A stretch of DNA of 64,000 bases from Clostridia bacterium (GTDB taxonomy: Bacteria; Bacillota; Clostridia; Oscillospirales; CAG-272). Positions 29,834 through 39,497 of the stretch are shown piece by piece; position 1 is the first letter of the stretch; the number at the start of each line of letters is the position of its first letter. The notes beneath the pieces are model-generated. The model searched no databases. It worked only from the letters and a program-made list of their open reading frames with translations, and was not told where the DNA came from. The DNA lies in NCBI GenBank assembly GCA_017463065.1, contig JAFTPX010000046.1:18836-82835 (forward strand). The letters run 5' to 3'. The translations under genes and the position numbers were made by a program.

Positions 29834-30112
29834 ATGTTGAAGATCAGTTTACAGTTCTTTGCTCATAAAAAGGGTGTCGGTTCTACGAAGAACGGCCGTG
29901 ACAGTGAGTCCAAGCGTCTTGGCGTTAAGAAGGCTGACGGACAGGCTGTACTTGCAGGAAACATCATCGTAAGACAGAGAGGAACCGCAATCCATCCCGG
30001 CAACAACGTCGGTATCGGTAAGGATGACACTCTGTTCGCTTTGATCGACGGTAAGGTTAAGTTTGAGCAGAAGACTAAGGACAAGAAGCAGGTCAGCGTT
30101 TACGCAGACTGA
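29834..30112 (+). CDS. rpmA: 50S ribosomal protein L27 (with N-terminal propeptide)
   Basis: Start trimmed to ATG 29834 (GGAGGAACG RBS). MLKISLQFF / [15 protein letters not shown] is the Firmicute propeptide with the Prp cleavage site after FF. Confidence 0.95.
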   Translation: MLKISLQFFAHKKGVGSTKNGRDSESKRLGVKKADGQAVLAGNIIVRQRGTAIHPGNNVGIGKDDTLFALIDGKVKFEQKTKDKKQVSVYAD

Positions 30113-30147
30113 TTCTTGTGCAATTGAATCTCGAGGCTTTTTGCCAT

Positions 30148-30183
30148 GGGCTGTTACGAAAAAGGTAACAGCCCGTTTTTTTT
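30148..30183 (+). terminator. intrinsic terminator after rpmA
   Basis: GGGCTGTTAC-GAAAAAG-GTAACAGCCC, then a G and nine Ts. Confidence 0.92.
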
Positions 30184-30203
30184 GTCCAAAGCCGTCGAAA
30201 AAC

Positions 30204-30232
30204 TTGACAAATTCCGCATTTTATATTATAAT
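30204..30232 (+). promoter_or_regulatory. sigma-A promoter of the miaB operon
   Basis: TTGACA (30204-30209), 17 nt, TATAAT (30227-30232). Confidence 0.8.
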
Positions 30233-30292
30233 ATTATAATTGGAGTAATTCTATCCTTTTTAAGGGTATATTAAATAAAAGGAAGTTGTCAC

Positions 30293-31729
30293 ATGGAAGA
30301 ATCGAGAAAAAAAAGTCGCATGGTTTCCCATGAGGAAATGGAGCGACAGAGAGAATATACCGCATGGATCCGCACCGAAAATGAACGGTATTTTACCGAG
30401 AACGGTTGCCGTCCGAGGGCGTTTGTTCTGACCCTTGGGTGTCAGCAGAACGAGGCGGATAGCGAAAAGCTTGCGGGGATGGCGATGGCAATGGGCTATG
30501 AGATGACCCAAACACCCGAAGAGGCAAGACTGATCATGGTCAACACCTGTGCCATTCGCGAGCATGCGGAGCAGAGAGCCTTGTCCCTTGTGGGGCAGTA
30601 CAAGCACCTTAAGGCGAAGAATCCCGAGCTTGTCATCGTCATCTGTGGCTGTATGGTGGTTCAGGAGCATCGGATCAACGATATTAAGTTCAAATATCCT
30701 TACGTGGATATTTTGTTTGGCACCTCGTCGATCCACCGTTTCCCCGAGCTGCTTTGCGAGAAGCTGAGGCGGGGCAGGCGGATTCTGCGCTCGGACGAGA
30801 CCGAATATCTGGTTGCCGAGGGGATTCCCGTGCATAGAGAAAGTGGCTTCCGTGCGTGGGTCTCGGTGATGTACGGCTGTAATAATTTCTGCTCCTACTG
30901 TATCGTGCCTTACGTTCGCGGACGGGAGCGAAGCCGTAAAAAAGAAGAGATCGTGGCTGAGGTCAGGAAATTGGTCGCTGAGGGCTATCGGGATATTACG
31001 CTTTTGGGACAGAATGTCAATTCCTACGGAAAGGACGGCGGCGAGGAGTATGACTTTGCCGATCTGCTTTCGGAGCTGGACGAAATTGAGGGCGACTATT
31101 GGCTTCATTTTATGACCAGTCACCCGAAGGATGCCAGCCGTAAGCTCATTGACGTGATGGCGTCGTCGAAGCATATCGCAAGGCACTTTCATCTTCCCAT
31201 GCAGTCGGGAAGCGACCGTGTGTTGAAGGCGATGAACCGTCGGTACGATTTTGAGAAATATATCGGCATCGTGGACTATATCCGCGAGAAAATGCCCGAT
31301 GCGGTAATCACCTCGGATATTATCGTCGGCTTTCCCGAGGAGACCGAGGAGGACTTTGAGGCAACGCTGAACGCTTTGCGGCGGGCGAAATTCGATATGA
31401 TCTACTCCTTTCTTTATTCTCCCCGTAAGGGTACGCCCGCGGCACAGATGGAGGGACAGATCCCGGCGGAGGAGAAGAGCCGTCGGTTTGATCGCTTGCT
31501 GGCGGTCCAGAACGAGATCTCTCTTGCCTCTAACAAGCCGCTGGAGGGCAAAACACTGCGCGTGCTTTGCGATGGGATCAGCAAAAACAACGCTTCGTTT
31601 TACAGCGGTCGCTGTGAGGGGGGCAAGATCGTATTTTTTGAGGGTGAGCCCTCCGATACGGGTAAATTTTTGAACGTCGGGATCGAACGCGGAGATACCT
31701 TCGCGCTGTACGGAACGGTAAAAAGATAA
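30293..31729 (+). CDS. miaB: tRNA-2-methylthio-N6-dimethylallyladenosine synthase
   Basis: 478 aa. UPF0004 N-domain (TLGCQQNEADSE), radical SAM CNNFCSYCIVP, TRAM C-domain. Confidence 0.9.
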   Translation: MEESRKKSRMVSHEEMERQREYTAWIRTENERYFTENGCRPRAFVLTLGCQQNEADSEKLAGMAMAMGYEMTQTPEEARLIMVNTCAIREHAEQRALSLVGQYKHLKAKNPELVIVICGCMVVQEHRINDIKFKYPYVDILFGTSSIHRFPELLCEKLRRGRRILRSDETEYLVAEGIPVHRESGFRAWVSVMYGCNNFCSYCIVPYVRGRERSRKKEEIVAEVRKLVAEGYRDITLLGQNVNSYGKDGGEEYDFADLLSELDEIEGDYWLHFMTSHPKDASRKLIDVMASSKHIARHFHLPMQSGSDRVLKAMNRRYDFEKYIGIVDYIREKMPDAVITSDIIVGFPEETEEDFEATLNALRRAKFDMIYSFLYSPRKGTPAAQMEGQIPAEEKSRRFDRLLAVQNEISLASNKPLEGKTLRVLCDGISKNNASFYSGRCEGGKIVFFEGEPSDTGKFLNVGIERGDTFALYGTVKR

Positions 31730-31759
31730 AATGATAGAACACGAAAGGAAACGATAATC

Positions 31760-32155
31760 ATGGAAACTACGAATATTTTTGAGCTTGCCGCGGCACTGGG
31801 AAAGGCGTTGAAGGAGGATGAAAAGCTGGTTCGTCTGGAGGCGGCGAAAAAGGCATACGAATCGGACGGAGATCTACAGAAGATGATGGTGGAATATGAG
31901 GTGCAGCAAAAGGCGCTTCAGGGGGAGATTACCCGCGAGGAGCGTGACACCCTCTTTATCGATACCATTCAGAAAAGAATTGACCTGCTGTACCGCAATA
32001 TCATGGAGCATCCCGTATTTCTGGAGCTGAACGAGGCACAGGCGGAGGTCAACGAGCTGATGAACGCGGTGAACAGCACCATTACTTTTCACATCACGGG
32101 AGAGCAGCCCTCCTCCTGTACTCACGATTGCTCGACCTGCGGTGGCTGTCACTGA
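31760..32155 (+). CDS. YmcA/YlbF-family (Com_YlbF) regulator-like protein with Cys-rich C-terminal tail
   Basis: 131 aa, helical. Sits between miaB and mutS, as ymcA does in Bacillus subtilis. Tail is SSCTHDCSTCGGCH. Confidence 0.7.
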   Translation: METTNIFELAAALGKALKEDEKLVRLEAAKKAYESDGDLQKMMVEYEVQQKALQGEITREERDTLFIDTIQKRIDLLYRNIMEHPVFLELNEAQAEVNELMNAVNSTITFHITGEQPSSCTHDCSTCGGCH

Positions 32156-32203
32156 TCGCGCTACGACCGATTCTTACTTTTTACTTGTTGGAGGTAAAAG
32201 GAT

Positions 32204-34792
32204 ATGACTCCCATGATGGAGCAATATTTTGAGATCAAAAATCAATATAAAGACTATCTGGTGTTTTACCGCTTGGGCGACTTTTACGAGATGTTTTTCG
32301 ACGATGCGATTCTGGCATCTCGTGTATTGGAGCTGACTCTGACGGGAAGAGACTGCGGAGAGGCGGAGCGCGCGCCTATGTGCGGCGTTCCGTTTCACAG
32401 CGCGGATAAATACATAGGAACACTGATCGCAAAGGGCTATAAGGTCGCCATTTGCGAGCAGACGGAGGATCCGTCTCAAGCCAAGGGATTGGTGCGCCGC
32501 GAGGTCGTTCGGGTCGTAACTCCCGGTACCGTGATCGAGAGCGAGTTGCTTTCCGAGCAAAAGAATAACTATCTTTGCGCTATCTATCAGAATGAATTTG
32601 AGTACGGCGTGAGCTTTGCCGATATTTCCACGGGTCAGGTTTTTGCTACGACGTTTTGCGGCGACGGGATGGAGACTCGTTTGATCAACGAGCTGGGCAC
32701 GTATTGTCCCAGCGAGGTGGTAGTAAATCTGGACGAGAAGAAGCTTGGCACGTTGGGATCGTTTATTCACATCCGTCTTGGGGCGATGCTGACCGCCAAC
32801 CGCCCCACCGAGTTTGAATACGGAAGCTCCCAGGAAGCGGTACGGAAGCAGTTTCCCGAACAGATCCGAGAGGGAATGGAAGAGAATCGTTCTCTGATCT
32901 GCGCCCTCGGCGGACTGTTAGCGTATATTTGCGAAATGCAGAAAAGCGACATTTCCTATATCAAGGATTTGACCGTCTATTCCGACGGACAGTTTATGGA
33001 CATGGATCTCAACACCAGACGAAATCTGGAGCTGGTGGAGACCATGCGGTCCAAGGAAAAGAAGGGCTCCTTGCTTTGGGTTCTGGATAAGACGAAAAGC
33101 GCGGCAGGCGCCAGATTGCTTCGCCAATGGCTGGAGCATCCTCTGTTGAGCGTTGGCGGGATCACCCGCAGACAGAACGCGGTGGAGGAATTGCTGGGGG
33201 ACTATATTCTTCGTGAGGAGATCGGCGCTCTGTTGGATCAAGTATTGGATCTGGAACGACTGGTTACTCGAATTGTGTACGGTACTGCCAACGGCAGAGA
33301 TCTTCGCGCCGTTTCCTCCACCATTTCAATTTTGCCCGAGTTGAAGCAGTTGATTTCCATCTGCCGCTCGGATGAGTTGAGCTCGCTATACCAAGAGCTG
33401 GAGACGTTGGAGGATATTTACGGTCGGATCGATACCGTGATCTCGCAGGATCCGCCCGCGTCCATACGGGAAGGCTTTATGATCGCCGACGGAGTAAACG
33501 CCGACGTGGATTATTTGCGCTCGGTGATGAACGACGGAAAGGGATGGATCGAAAAGGTTGCCAATGACGAAAAGGAACGGACGGGCATCAAGACTCTGAA
33601 GATCGGCTATAACAAGGTGTTCGGTTATTATATCGAGGTTTCCAAATCCTTCATTTCGCAAGTGCCCGAGACCTATATCCGCAAGCAGACTCTTGCCAAT
33701 GCGGAGCGGTATATCACCCAAGAGTTGAAGGATATGGAGGCAACGATTCTGGGGGCGGAGGACAAGCTCTGCGCCTTGGAATACGAGTTGTTCTGTGAGG
33801 TGCGGAACTTTGTGGCGGAAAACAGTGCCCGTATTCAGAAGGCGGCGGCACTGATGGCGAGACTGGACGTGTATCAGAGCCTTGCCTCTGTGGCGGCAAA
33901 GCAAAAATACGTTCGTCCCGAGGTGGATACGGGTGACGTGATCCACATCAAGGACGGCAGACATCCCGTGGTAGAGCAGTTTGTGAGAGATAGCTATTTC
34001 GTTCCCAACGATACCGAGCTGGATACGTCGCGGAATCGGCTGATGTTGATTACGGGACCCAATATGGCGGGAAAGTCTACCTATATGCGTCAGATCGCCG
34101 TTATAACGGTGATGGCGCAGATCGGTTCCTTCGTTCCCGCGTCGGACGCGCGGATCGGCATTGTGGACAAGCTCTTTACCCGTGTGGGAGCGTCAGACGA
34201 TCTGGCGTCAGGGCAGTCGACCTTTATGCTGGAAATGAACGAGGTGGCGTATATTCTGCGAAACGCGACCAAGCAAAGTCTGATCATTTACGACGAGGTG
34301 GGCAGAGGAACCTCTACCTTTGACGGAATGAGTATTGCCCGCGCCATTATTGAATATACCAATAGCCGAAAGATCGGTGCCAAGACCCTGTTCGCCACCC
34401 ATTATCACGAATTGACCGTGATGGAAGACGAGATGGAGGGCATCGTCAACTACAATATTGCCGCCAAGAAGCGGGGAGATAATATTACCTTTCTGCGGAA
34501 GATCGTCCGCGGATCCACCGACGATAGCTACGGCATTGAGGTGGCAAAGCTGGCGGGATTGCCGAGCGAGGTGATCCGACGCGCCAAGGAGGTGCTTGCC
34601 ACAGTGGAGAAGACCGCAAAGGTGCTTACTACCCCAGCGGGGAAGGCGGAGGAAAAGGACGAGAGTCTGATCAGTCTGGACGACTGTGTGAATGAGCAGG
34701 TGATCGAGGAGCTGAAGGCGGTGGATATCAATACCCTATCCCCCTATGAAGCTATGAGCTTTTTGTTCGGACTGCAAAAGAGATTGAAATAA
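32204..34792 (+). CDS. mutS: DNA mismatch repair protein MutS
   Basis: 862 aa. TPMMEQY N-terminus, GDFYEMF mismatch-binding motif, Walker A GPNMAGKST. Confidence 0.97.
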   Translation: MTPMMEQYFEIKNQYKDYLVFYRLGDFYEMFFDDAILASRVLELTLTGRDCGEAERAPMCGVPFHSADKYIGTLIAKGYKVAICEQTEDPSQAKGLVRREVVRVVTPGTVIESELLSEQKNNYLCAIYQNEFEYGVSFADISTGQVFATTFCGDGMETRLINELGTYCPSEVVVNLDEKKLGTLGSFIHIRLGAMLTANRPTEFEYGSSQEAVRKQFPEQIREGMEENRSLICALGGLLAYICEMQKSDISYIKDLTVYSDGQFMDMDLNTRRNLELVETMRSKEKKGSLLWVLDKTKSAAGARLLRQWLEHPLLSVGGITRRQNAVEELLGDYILREEIGALLDQVLDLERLVTRIVYGTANGRDLRAVSSTISILPELKQLISICRSDELSSLYQELETLEDIYGRIDTVISQDPPASIREGFMIADGVNADVDYLRSVMNDGKGWIEKVANDEKERTGIKTLKIGYNKVFGYYIEVSKSFISQVPETYIRKQTLANAERYITQELKDMEATILGAEDKLCALEYELFCEVRNFVAENSARIQKAAALMARLDVYQSLASVAAKQKYVRPEVDTGDVIHIKDGRHPVVEQFVRDSYFVPNDTELDTSRNRLMLITGPNMAGKSTYMRQIAVITVMAQIGSFVPASDARIGIVDKLFTRVGASDDLASGQSTFMLEMNEVAYILRNATKQSLIIYDEVGRGTSTFDGMSIARAIIEYTNSRKIGAKTLFATHYHELTVMEDEMEGIVNYNIAAKKRGDNITFLRKIVRGSTDDSYGIEVAKLAGLPSEVIRRAKEVLATVEKTAKVLTTPAGKAEEKDESLISLDDCVNEQVIEELKAVDINTLSPYEAMSFLFGLQKRLK

Positions 34793-34838
34793 TTGAAACA
34801 AACGAAAAACGATGAAAAATGATTGAGAGGAGATCGAA

Positions 34839-36935
34839 ATGGGAAAGATCAACGTGCTTTCCTTTGCCGTGGCAAATCTGATTGCAGCGGGAGAGGTGGT
34901 GGACCGTCCCTCCTCGGTGATCAAGGAGCTGTTGGAGAATGCCATTGACTCGGGTGCCACCCGTATTACCGTGGAAATACAGAACGGCGGCGTGACCTAT
35001 ATGCGTGTGTCGGACAACGGATGCGGTATGGATTCGGAGGACCTGCCCGTTGCCATTCGCCGTCATGCCACCAGTAAGATCAAGGACGCATCGGATCTGG
35101 ACGGAATCCTGACCCTTGGCTTCCGAGGAGAAGCCTTGGCGGCAATTGCTTCGGTCTCCGATCTTCGGATCATTTCCAAGACCCGTGAGGCGCAGGTCGG
35201 CTCGATGCTGGAGGCGTCGGGAGGCGAGATTCGAGGGGTTTCCGAGCGAGCCTGCTCGGATGGAACCACGGTGATCGTGGAAAATCTGTTTGCCAACGTA
35301 CCCGCCAGACGGAAGTTCCTCAAAAAGGATGTGACCGAATCCATGGCGGTCAGCACCGTGGTGGAAAAGATCGCTCTCTCCAAGCCCCAAATTTCCTTCC
35401 GCTTGATCACGGATGGGAATATTCGTCTGGAGACCGTGGGAGACGGCAGTTTAAAGAACGCCGTTTATTCGGTATTCGGCAGGGAGTTCGCCTCCAAGCT
35501 GATCCCCGCGGAGCTTTCGGTGGACGGCATTGAGGTGACTGGCTTTGTGGGGCGGTCGGATAACGTTCGCGCCAACCGAAATTATCAGAATTTTTTTATT
35601 AACGGGCGATACGTGAAAAGCAAGACCGCGGGTGCGGCGCTGGAGCAGGCGTATACCTCCTATATTCCTCCCGAGAAATTTCCGTGCTGCGTGTTGTTCT
35701 TGAAGATCAATCCCGCAGCAGTGGACGTCAACGTCCATCCCGCCAAGCTGGAAGTGAAATTTTCCAATGAAAAGCCCGTTTTTGAGGCAATCTATTACGC
35801 GGTTCGGAATGCGTTGGAATCCAGCGTATCCAGACCCGACGTGGTGTTGAGCTTGATGGAAAAACGCCGAGGAGGATTGGAGGCAAGACTGTCCGATTCT
35901 CAGACACCCATTGAGGAGGGAAGAGGGGAATCGCTGAAAAAACGGCAGATGGCAAGTGATCTGTACGTGCCGACCTCCGTGCTCGCTAAGGAAAAGGCGG
36001 TGCCAGCCCCCTCTTCGGTCAGTTCGCCCGCGGCACCCACTGTGGTATCTCCAAAGCCATCGGGTGGATTTGTACATTTGACGGCGGAGGAATACGTGCG
36101 GCAATACGTGGAAGAAAAAAAACGAGAGAAAGCCCAAACGGACGGTGCTTCCGTGTCTCCCGCCGAGAGTGGTATTGTTCCCAAGACTCCCATGTCAAGC
36201 AGTCCTGCCAAGGAGACGTTACCCAAAACGGAGGAGAACGGCGCGGATTTCAAGCCCGAGCCGCCGAGCTGGATGCGATCCGCGGTGGAAACGGCAGAGG
36301 CGGAGAACGTGTCCGCGCCGAAGCAGGATGCCGAGCCGAAGCAAGCCTCGGAAAAGCTGGTCTATCGGATCATTGGGGAAGCCTTCCACGCTTACGTGTT
36401 AGTGGAAATGGGAGAAAAGCTTCTTGTGATCGACAAGCACGCCGCTCACGAGAGGATTCTCTTTGAGAAGCTGAAGGCGGGCATGCAAGATCGGAACAAG
36501 GGCTCTCAGATGCTGATGCTTCCTATCGAGGTAATGCTGACCTCTGATGAAATTCAGACGTTGGATTCCTTCCGAGCGGAGATTGAGGCGGTTGGCTTCG
36601 AGTTTTCCGTAGGACGGTATACAGCGATCGTTACGGCAATTCCCGAGGGAGTTTCCACCGAGGCGGTGCCCGATATGCTGGCGGTGATCGCCGAGCGGAT
36701 TAAGAGCAATACGGGGTCTGCCAAGCTAACCAGAGATATCATTTTTGAAAAGGCCTTGTATCAAGCCTCCTGTAAAGCGGCGATCAAGGCGGGGCGAGAG
36801 TATCCCGAAGGGCATATCAAGTGGCTGGTGGATCAGATGATGGCACTGCCCGATCTTACCGTTTGTCCTCACGGCAGACCCGTGGCGATGGAGCTCTCGA
36901 AAAAGAATTTGGATCATCAATTTGAAAGAAGTTAA
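34839..36935 (+). CDS. mutL: DNA mismatch repair protein MutL
   Basis: 698 aa. GHKL ATPase N-domain (VVDRPSSVIKELLENAIDSGAT), Pro/Ser-rich linker, C-terminal endonuclease motif DKHAAHERI. Confidence 0.96.
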   Translation: MGKINVLSFAVANLIAAGEVVDRPSSVIKELLENAIDSGATRITVEIQNGGVTYMRVSDNGCGMDSEDLPVAIRRHATSKIKDASDLDGILTLGFRGEALAAIASVSDLRIISKTREAQVGSMLEASGGEIRGVSERACSDGTTVIVENLFANVPARRKFLKKDVTESMAVSTVVEKIALSKPQISFRLITDGNIRLETVGDGSLKNAVYSVFGREFASKLIPAELSVDGIEVTGFVGRSDNVRANRNYQNFFINGRYVKSKTAGAALEQAYTSYIPPEKFPCCVLFLKINPAAVDVNVHPAKLEVKFSNEKPVFEAIYYAVRNALESSVSRPDVVLSLMEKRRGGLEARLSDSQTPIEEGRGESLKKRQMASDLYVPTSVLAKEKAVPAPSSVSSPAAPTVVSPKPSGGFVHLTAEEYVRQYVEEKKREKAQTDGASVSPAESGIVPKTPMSSSPAKETLPKTEENGADFKPEPPSWMRSAVETAEAENVSAPKQDAEPKQASEKLVYRIIGEAFHAYVLVEMGEKLLVIDKHAAHERILFEKLKAGMQDRNKGSQMLMLPIEVMLTSDEIQTLDSFRAEIEAVGFEFSVGRYTAIVTAIPEGVSTEAVPDMLAVIAERIKSNTGSAKLTRDIIFEKALYQASCKAAIKAGREYPEGHIKWLVDQMMALPDLTVCPHGRPVAMELSKKNLDHQFERS

Positions 36936-36948
36936 GGAAAATTAGGAT

Positions 36949-38085
36949 ATGTTTGAGATTATTACAACAGACGGACGCGCAAGACGCGGTGTGCTGCACA
37001 CGGTGCACGGAGATATTCAGACCCCCGTGTTTATGAACGTCGGTACTTGTGCCGCTATCAAGGGCGGCGTTTCCAGCCGAGAGCTGATCGATCTAGACTG
37101 TCAGGTGGAGCTGTCCAATACCTACCATCTGCACATTCGTCCCGGTGACAAGCTGATTTACGAGATGGGCGGACTGCATAAATTTATGAACTGGGAAAGA
37201 CCGATTTTGACCGACAGCGGCGGATTTCAGGTATTTTCCTTATCTTCCTTGCGTAAAATAACCGAGGAGGGGGTTCGTTTTGCTTCTCACGTGGACGGAA
37301 AACGGATTTTTATGGGACCGGAGGAGAGTATGCAAATTCAGTCCCATCTTGCCTCCACGATCGCCATGGCGTTTGATGAGTGCGTGGAAAATCCCGCGCC
37401 GTATCAGTACGTCAAGGATTCCTGCGCGAGAACCGCCCGCTGGTTGGTTCGTTGCAAGAACGAAATGGACAGGCTCAATTCCTTGCCCGAGACCATCAAT
37501 CGAAATCAGCTGTTGTTTGGCATCAATCAGGGAGGGACTTACGAGGATCTGCGGATCGCGCATATGCGGGAGATTGCCGAGCTGGATCTGGCGGGCTACG
37601 CCATCGGCGGACTGGCGGTGGGCGAGGAGACCGCGGAGATGTATCGTATTATTGATGCGGTAGAGCCTCATATGCCTCGCAACAAGCCCCGCTATCTGAT
37701 GGGAGTGGGAACGCCCTGCAATATTTTGGAGGCGGTTCATATGGGCGTGGATTTCTTCGATTGCGTGATGCCCAGTCGTAACGCCCGTCACGGAAATCTT
37801 TTTACGTGGCACGGAAAGATGAATCTGCTGAATGAAAAGTATGCCAAGGACCCCAGACCCTTTGACGAGAATTGCGGATGTCCCGCCTGCCGTCATTACA
37901 GCCGTTCTTACATTCGGCATCTGATCAAGGCGAAGGAATCTCTCGGTATGAGACTTGCCGTGGCGCATAACCTTTATTTTTACAACAATCTGACCCGAAA
38001 GATCCGAGAGGCGTTGGAGGGCGGATATTTTGAGAGCTTCTATCAAAAGTATAGAACGATTCTGGGCGAGAGAAGTCAGGATTGA
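36949..38085 (+). CDS. tgt: queuine tRNA-ribosyltransferase
   Basis: 378 aa. Motifs: TPVFMNVGT, TDSGGFQV, and the zinc site CGCPACRHYSRSYIRHL. Confidence 0.95.
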   Translation: MFEIITTDGRARRGVLHTVHGDIQTPVFMNVGTCAAIKGGVSSRELIDLDCQVELSNTYHLHIRPGDKLIYEMGGLHKFMNWERPILTDSGGFQVFSLSSLRKITEEGVRFASHVDGKRIFMGPEESMQIQSHLASTIAMAFDECVENPAPYQYVKDSCARTARWLVRCKNEMDRLNSLPETINRNQLLFGINQGGTYEDLRIAHMREIAELDLAGYAIGGLAVGEETAEMYRIIDAVEPHMPRNKPRYLMGVGTPCNILEAVHMGVDFFDCVMPSRNARHGNLFTWHGKMNLLNEKYAKDPRPFDENCGCPACRHYSRSYIRHLIKAKESLGMRLAVAHNLYFYNNLTRKIREALEGGYFESFYQKYRTILGERSQD

Positions 38086-38102
38086 CGAAGAAGGAGAACA
38101 AA

Positions 38103-39482
38103 ATGATCAAACAAGCATGGTTGGAGGAATTAATCGGCGTGGCATTGTCCACGGGCGGCGATTTTGCCGAGGTGTACGGAGAGCATACCCGCAATCACAG
38201 TATTCAATTCGTGGACGGAAAGATCGATCGGATCGGTGATAACGTGCTGTCGGGTGTGGGAATCCGCGTGTTCAAGGATCAGAGAACCGTGTACGCCTCT
38301 ACCTCCGATCTCAGTCGGGAGGGCTTGCTCGCTTGCGCTCGTTCGGCGGCAGATGCCATGGGAGAGGGAAACGCGCAGATCTCGATTTGCTTGACTCCGG
38401 TAAGAGTGCCCGAGCTCCATCCCATTCGGATCAATCCCGTGGATGGGGAGATCACGGCGAAAACGGCGATCCTGAAGGAGGCTTGCTTTGCCGCGATGAA
38501 CTACAACGAGCGGATTGCGCAGGTGCAGGGAACTCTTGCGGGTGTGGATCACGAGATCCTTGTTGCCAACAGCGAGGGACTGTTCAAGCAGGACCGTCAC
38601 GTGCGAAGCCGCATCGTGGTCAACGCCGTGGCATCGGAAAACGGCGAAAATCAGTCGGGCTCCTGCTCCCCCGGAAGAGGTATGGGATTGGAATTCTTTG
38701 AGACCATCGACATTTCCGAGGTAGGCAGACACGCCGCAAGGCAGGCACTGGTCAATCTCCGCGCCGATTATTGCAAAGCGGGACAGATGACCGTTGCCAT
38801 TGAAAACGGCTTTGGCGGCGTAATTTTCCACGAGGCGTGCGGACATTCTCTGGAGGCAACGCAGGTGGGGGTCGGCATGTCGGAAATGTGCGGCAAGCTG
38901 GGGCAGAAGATTGCCAATGAAAAGATCACCGCCATCGACGACGGTACCATTCCCAACGCTTGGGGCTCGGTGAACATTGACGACGAGGGAAACCCCACGC
39001 AGCGCAACGTACTGATTGAAAAGGGAATTTTGAAAAATTATATGATCGACCGTCTTGGCTCTCGCAGAATGGGCATGCCCATGACGGGAAACAGCCGCAG
39101 ACAGGGCTACACCTATGAGCCAACCTCTCGTATGACCAACACCTTTATCGATAACGGTCCCGATAAGAATGAGGATATTATCGCCTCCATCGAATACGGA
39201 CTTTACGCCAAGGAAATGGGCGGCGGCTCGGTCAACCCCTTGACGGGTGCCTTCAACTTCTCGGTTCGAGAGGGGTATATGGTTCGGAACGGAAAGATCT
39301 GTGAGCCCGTGCGCGGCGCATCCCTCATCGGAACGGGGTCTCGCATTTTGCGGGATATCGACATGGTAGGGCAGAACCTTGCCACAGGGCAAGGCGTTTG
39401 CGGCTCTTCCAGCGGAAGCGTTCCCACCGACGTGGGGCAGCCCCTGATCCGTGTGGCGAAGATCACCGTAGGCGGACGGTAA
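38103..39482 (+). CDS. tldD: metalloprotease TldD
   Basis: Start trimmed to ATG 38103 (AAGGAGAAC RBS). Carries the HExxxH motif HEACGHSLE. Confidence 0.88.
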   Translation: MIKQAWLEELIGVALSTGGDFAEVYGEHTRNHSIQFVDGKIDRIGDNVLSGVGIRVFKDQRTVYASTSDLSREGLLACARSAADAMGEGNAQISICLTPVRVPELHPIRINPVDGEITAKTAILKEACFAAMNYNERIAQVQGTLAGVDHEILVANSEGLFKQDRHVRSRIVVNAVASENGENQSGSCSPGRGMGLEFFETIDISEVGRHAARQALVNLRADYCKAGQMTVAIENGFGGVIFHEACGHSLEATQVGVGMSEMCGKLGQKIANEKITAIDDGTIPNAWGSVNIDDEGNPTQRNVLIEKGILKNYMIDRLGSRRMGMPMTGNSRRQGYTYEPTSRMTNTFIDNGPDKNEDIIASIEYGLYAKEMGGGSVNPLTGAFNFSVREGYMVRNGKICEPVRGASLIGTGSRILRDIDMVGQNLATGQGVCGSSSGSVPTDVGQPLIRVAKITVGGR

Positions 39483-39497
39483 GAGAGGAGAAGAACG

